DNA from: a virus
Lineage: Duplodnaviria; Caudoviricetes
Virus record (IMG/VR): IMGVR_UViG_2974671799_000001
Span: 1 to 64,000 of that record
Reading direction: 5' to 3' (one strand)
DNA: 64,000 nt
In this document: piece after piece, positions 60,258-64,000 of the stretch
Numbering within the stretch: the stretch's first letter is position 1
How the letters are laid out: each line of letters begins with the position of its first letter
The notes under the pieces: generated by a model
The model's database searches: none
Seen by the model: the letters and a program-made list of their open reading frames with translations, nothing else
What the model was told of the DNA's origin: nothing
Made by a program: the position numbers and the translations under genes

Positions 60258-60364
60258 AATTTTATGTTTTATTTTTAATGAATTTTTGATACAACAAATG
60301 TAAAAACAATTATCCATTAAAACAAGAATTTTTATAAGAATTTTTTAAACCTCTCTCCGCGCGC

Positions 60365-60543
60365 TTTTATTTATGTTATTTGTATTTATAATATATAAAA
60401 GAAAATGCACCTAGGTGCATTTTCACTGATTTTCTTTCAATGAAAAATTCGTTTTATTAAGAATCTTTCAAAGAATTTGTTAAAATATTATCGCTACAGC
60501 AAGGTTTGTATATGTCGAAAATTTTTCGGGTGTAATTGTTTAA
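60365..60543. repeat. dispersed 179-bp repeat, copy 2
   Basis: 94% identical to 19100-19278; perfect palindrome GAAAATGCACCTAGGTGCATTTTC at 60401-60424. Confidence 0.95.
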
Positions 60544-60773
60544 AATTTAACAAAATTCATAAATTTGTTAAATTCTTATAAAACGTTGTAAATCAGTTAC
60601 TTAAAATTGTAATCGAAAATGTTAAAAATTTTGTCATGTCGAATATTTTAAGTATGTTATTTTAACAATTTTAACAAATTTTTAACATTTATTTTTTTAA
60701 TGACAAAATAAAAAGTGTATAATATTGAAAACTAATACTTTACACTTAAATTTGTAGTGAGTTAAAAATAAAA

Positions 60774-60813
60774 AAATATGGCTCAGAATTAGCTAAATTC
60801 TGAGCCATATTTT
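60774..60813 (-). terminator. intrinsic terminator
   Basis: AAAATATGGCTCAGAATT-AGCTA-AATTCTGAGCCATATTTT stem. Confidence 0.85.
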
Positions 60814-61261
60814 ATAAATCGTTATTATAAATTGTGTTGTTATTATGCTTTATATTTCGATAACCTATTGTTTCCATAATACTTTCTGATTCATCAACTT
60901 CATTAACTTGAAAATCCTTCATCTTACCATTCACCATTCCATTATGAAAAATTCTTAAAGGGTTGTTATACCACCAAAAGTTGTGCATAGCTTCATAAAT
61001 CATTTGTTGACTTATGAATTTAGGTAGTTCATCATCTGATGTTATATTTGTTTTTTGGAATCCGTTTAATGGTCTATAATATTGATGTCCTTTTTGACGA
61101 ACATAAACATCATATTTGAAAATAAGCGTGTGATTAAGTCTCCAATCAACTATTTTATCGTTGTAAACAGCAATCATTAAAATATCACCGCTTTCTAGTT
61201 TGTATTCAGTACAAACCTTTCCTGCCCAATCATAAGGCTTACTTTGTTGTGTATTTCCCAT
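60812..61261 (-). CDS. hypothetical protein
   Basis: 149-aa ORF. Confidence 0.7.
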   Translation of the reverse strand: MGNTQQSKPYDWAGKVCTEYKLESGDILMIAVYNDKIVDWRLNHTLIFKYDVYVRQKGHQYYRPLNGFQKTNITSDDELPKFISQQMIYEAMHNFWWYNNPLRIFHNGMVNGKMKDFQVNEVDESESIMETIGYRNIKHNNNTIYNNDL

Positions 61262-61895
61262 TTATGTAAATTTTGTTTTTGTCAGTAAATTTAATATTAG
61301 AAATTTTTAATAATTTGTTATCATATTCGATATTAACAACCTTTATTATTTCACCTGAACCAAATGTATATTCAGCAACTATTTTTTTATCATCAAATGT
61401 TACTTGAACAGGTCTTAGTTCTGTATGAAAATCAATTTTTATAAGTACTAATTTTGATTGAACAAATTTACAAACATCGAATGATGTTTTATTATCAGCC
61501 AACCTTTTACTGGAAAAGAAATCTTTAAATGCAAATCCAAATTCACTTATCACCTTTATACTTCTAGCTTTTCTTTCCAATAAATATAAATCATCATTAG
61601 AAATTATACAATTATCACCAATTGTCGATTTACCATTTAGGAATAGACTAAGAGTACGCTGTAGCTTCTTTAAATAAAGTTTATTCTCTATATTGAAGTC
61701 TCGTTGGTGACTGAAATACTTTAATTTACCTTGATTCCTTACTATTTTTTGTTGGATTTTTATAACTCTAAGTAATCTAGCCCATTTTATGAATAGTTCT
61801 GATTTACCGAAACTTTTCTCATTTATACTTTTGATTAGCCTTCTAGTTAAAAACTCATCCATATCATTATATTTTTTAAAGTTCTTCATAAACAA
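61239..61895 (-). CDS. hypothetical protein
   Basis: 218-aa basic ORF. Confidence 0.65.
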   Translation of the reverse strand: MFMKNFKKYNDMDEFLTRRLIKSINEKSFGKSELFIKWARLLRVIKIQQKIVRNQGKLKYFSHQRDFNIENKLYLKKLQRTLSLFLNGKSTIGDNCIISNDDLYLLERKARSIKVISEFGFAFKDFFSSKRLADNKTSFDVCKFVQSKLVLIKIDFHTELRPVQVTFDDKKIVAEYTFGSGEIIKVVNIEYDNKLLKISNIKFTDKNKIYINGKYTTK

Positions 61896-62163
61896 TTTCT
61901 TTAGTTACTTTTAAAATTTTAAACACTCCTTCAAAATGTCTTTTACTATTTCTAATAGATATTTTACTATTGAAGTTTTTAATTTCTTCAATATGTTCCT
62001 TTGCTTGTTCTAAACCATATATTTCTTCCTTGGTTATCTCTCCACGCTTAAACATACCGATTCTTTCAACATATTTAGAATAAGACCCCATTTCAAAAGT
62101 AGTCCACTTATTATGTTCAGGGTACTTATACATTACTCTGTATTCAGTATCTTGTTTACTCAT
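61876..62163 (-). CDS. hypothetical protein
   Basis: 95-aa ORF. Confidence 0.65.
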   Translation of the reverse strand: MSKQDTEYRVMYKYPEHNKWTTFEMGSYSKYVERIGMFKRGEITKEEIYGLEQAKEHIEEIKNFNSKISIRNSKRHFEGVFKILKVTKEIVYEEL

Positions 62164-62164
62164 T

Positions 62165-62785
62165 TTAAATCTTTTCTCTAATTGTTAGTATATTCTTATT
62201 TTCATTCAAAGAAAATTCCATATCTTTTTTATGGAATATATTGCTTCTACCACCTTTAAAGTAAAGATAATGGAATAACTTACCACACTTGAATCTGAAA
62301 CCACCAAAACCATCCGTATCATACTCTACATAATCGAATTTTAGACCTCTAAGTTCTAATCTAAGTTCATGTTTACCATTATCACCTCTATATCGTTTAT
62401 TAAATCTAATTAAATCACTATTTATAAGAACACCCATAACACAATCATCACCCATAAAAGAAATATCGAAAAAATCAATAATCTCAATTGAATTTTTAAT
62501 ATTCATTATTGATATAATATATTGTGAATTTGGAATTTCATCTATCAATCTACCATTAAGATAGTCTGTATAAATTCTATTCCATTTCTTTAGGTCTTGT
62601 TTATATATTTTATTGAATTTTTGTGATATCCTATCACCTTGTTTACGACATATATAACTAAGTGTTGATATAGCTTTAGAAAATATACACATTGTGTCAT
62701 AGATACCCCTAACTGGTTTATCATGCGCTTTATGTCTTTCTATTTCATCGAAGAAAAAATCTTCCTTACTTGTGTTTTTTACCAT
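62165..62785 (-). CDS. hypothetical protein
   Basis: 206-aa ORF. Confidence 0.7.
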   Translation of the reverse strand: MVKNTSKEDFFFDEIERHKAHDKPVRGIYDTMCIFSKAISTLSYICRKQGDRISQKFNKIYKQDLKKWNRIYTDYLNGRLIDEIPNSQYIISIMNIKNSIEIIDFFDISFMGDDCVMGVLINSDLIRFNKRYRGDNGKHELRLELRGLKFDYVEYDTDGFGGFRFKCGKLFHYLYFKGGRSNIFHKKDMEFSLNENKNILTIREKI

Positions 62786-62968
62786 GATTTATAAATTTTG
62801 ATTATATGAACCTTTTTCTAATCTTTCTAAGTTTGATGTATCTAATGAAATAACATATTCTATTGACTCTTCCCAACCATTTAATAATACATTTTTTACA
62901 CCTTCATTTTTTAATTGTAGTAATTCTGATTTAATTGATTTCATTTTTAATTATTTTTAAATATTATT

Positions 62969-63017
62969 CAAATATATAACAAAAAATCCGTTCCACAAAA
63001 CGCGGAACGGATTTTTT
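62969..63017 (-). promoter_or_regulatory. promoter overlapping a terminator hairpin
   Basis: TTTG(62996-62999, loop)-N19-TATATTTG; 14-bp stem AAAAAATCCGTTCC/GGAACGGATTTTTT. Confidence 0.8.
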
Positions 63018-63968
63018 TTAAATAAAATATGCCTTTAGGAATTTAGTTGCATCTTCCCTAATACGGTTTTTCTCAACCTTTAGTGTATATTCTAAATATA
63101 AATACTCACCTTTTTGGGCGTATATATTCATATCACAATGCCTTCTATTTTTGTTTACACCATCTAGTTCAATATATCTTTTAAATCCTTTAAAGCTACT
63201 TAAAAAAGTCTTACTAGATGTATTCTGTTTAGATATCTGAGCTTTTAAAAGTTTATCGGTTACAGAATCAACACATTCACCTAAATTTTTTTGTAGTGTT
63301 GTATCATTTGAGTTAACCTTTTCAATCTTTTTAACGAATTTTCTATATTGATTCATAATAGTTATATATCTAGCAACAAAACCACTTTGTGTATTTGCTA
63401 GTTTATATGCTATTTCCATCAATATTGTTCTTGATTTAAGTTCATCACCATGAAGGTCTTTTACAGCGTCTAAATCGAAGCTTATACCTAAATTATGCGA
63501 GAAACAACCATCAATAGTGTGTAACTTTTCCATATCATCAATATACTGAATACTGAAATATGTTCTTTGATTTACTGTATCACCGACACTAATATTTATT
63601 CTAGAATCATCAACATAAGATATTTCGGGTTTTATGTTGTGGATTATGTTTTCATATAAGCTAGAAAGGTTTGCTTTCATAGTACTTATACTTGTTTTGA
63701 TATTATTATGTTCTGATTCTGAAACACTTACACTAATATTAACTTTTGAGTGTAATTGTTTTCTATAAATTATGTAATTAAGGAGTTTATCGATTGAATC
63801 GAATCTCTTTTGGAATTTTACAGCATTTATATATTCGTTAATCGAAACATATCTTTTTGATGTTTTTTCAATCTCTAACACATACCCATTTTTAGAGAAG
63901 TTAACATTTGTTATGAAGTCAATATTGCATGACATACATGACTTAACAACTTCAATTAACTCATCCAT
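63018..63968 (-). CDS. hypothetical protein
   Basis: 316-aa ORF; true start may lie upstream, near or beyond the window edge. Confidence 0.65.
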   Translation of the reverse strand: MDELIEVVKSCMSCNIDFITNVNFSKNGYVLEIEKTSKRYVSINEYINAVKFQKRFDSIDKLLNYIIYRKQLHSKVNISVSVSESEHNNIKTSISTMKANLSSLYENIIHNIKPEISYVDDSRINISVGDTVNQRTYFSIQYIDDMEKLHTIDGCFSHNLGISFDLDAVKDLHGDELKSRTILMEIAYKLANTQSGFVARYITIMNQYRKFVKKIEKVNSNDTTLQKNLGECVDSVTDKLLKAQISKQNTSSKTFLSSFKGFKRYIELDGVNKNRRHCDMNIYAQKGEYLYLEYTLKVEKNRIREDATKFLKAYFI

Positions 63969-64000
63969 TTCAATATTTTTATCGATTGATTCATTTACTG

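Overview
AT-rich, gene-dense segment of a large lytic dsDNA bacteriophage (jumbo/T4-like gene content) whose host is very likely a Bacteroidota (Flavobacteriia-like) bacterium. Nearly all genes are on the minus strand, and the intergenic regions carry Bacteroidota housekeeping promoters (TTTG-N19-21-TAnnTTTG). Replication and repair genes: NAD-dependent ligase, a 1479-aa AEP primase-SF2 helicase fusion, a single-chain Mre11-Rad50 (SbcD-SbcC) fusion and a gp44-like clamp loader. Nucleotide-related genes: adenylate kinase-exonuclease fusion, dNMP kinase, MazG-like and NUDIX hydrolases. Candidate counter-defence or DNA-modification genes: N6-methylase-SNF2 helicase with DUF262 nearby, an ABC-ATPase-GNAT interrupted by one in-frame TGA, and a gp30.3/NADAR-HAD fusion. 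Host-envelope genes: a pilin-like lipoprotein plus outer-membrane beta-barrel, and a LemA-like pair. The most notable non-coding signals are (i) a 179-bp, 94%-identical palindrome-containing repeat at 19100 and 60365, (ii) at least ten promoters whose -33 element lies inside a terminator-like hairpin, and (iii) a three-hairpin candidate RNA with GNRA and UUCG loops at 38445-38515, next to two proteins that both start MPKSKHRK. No tRNA, rRNA, CRISPR array or transposase was recognised. All protein calls come from motif recognition by eye, not database searches.
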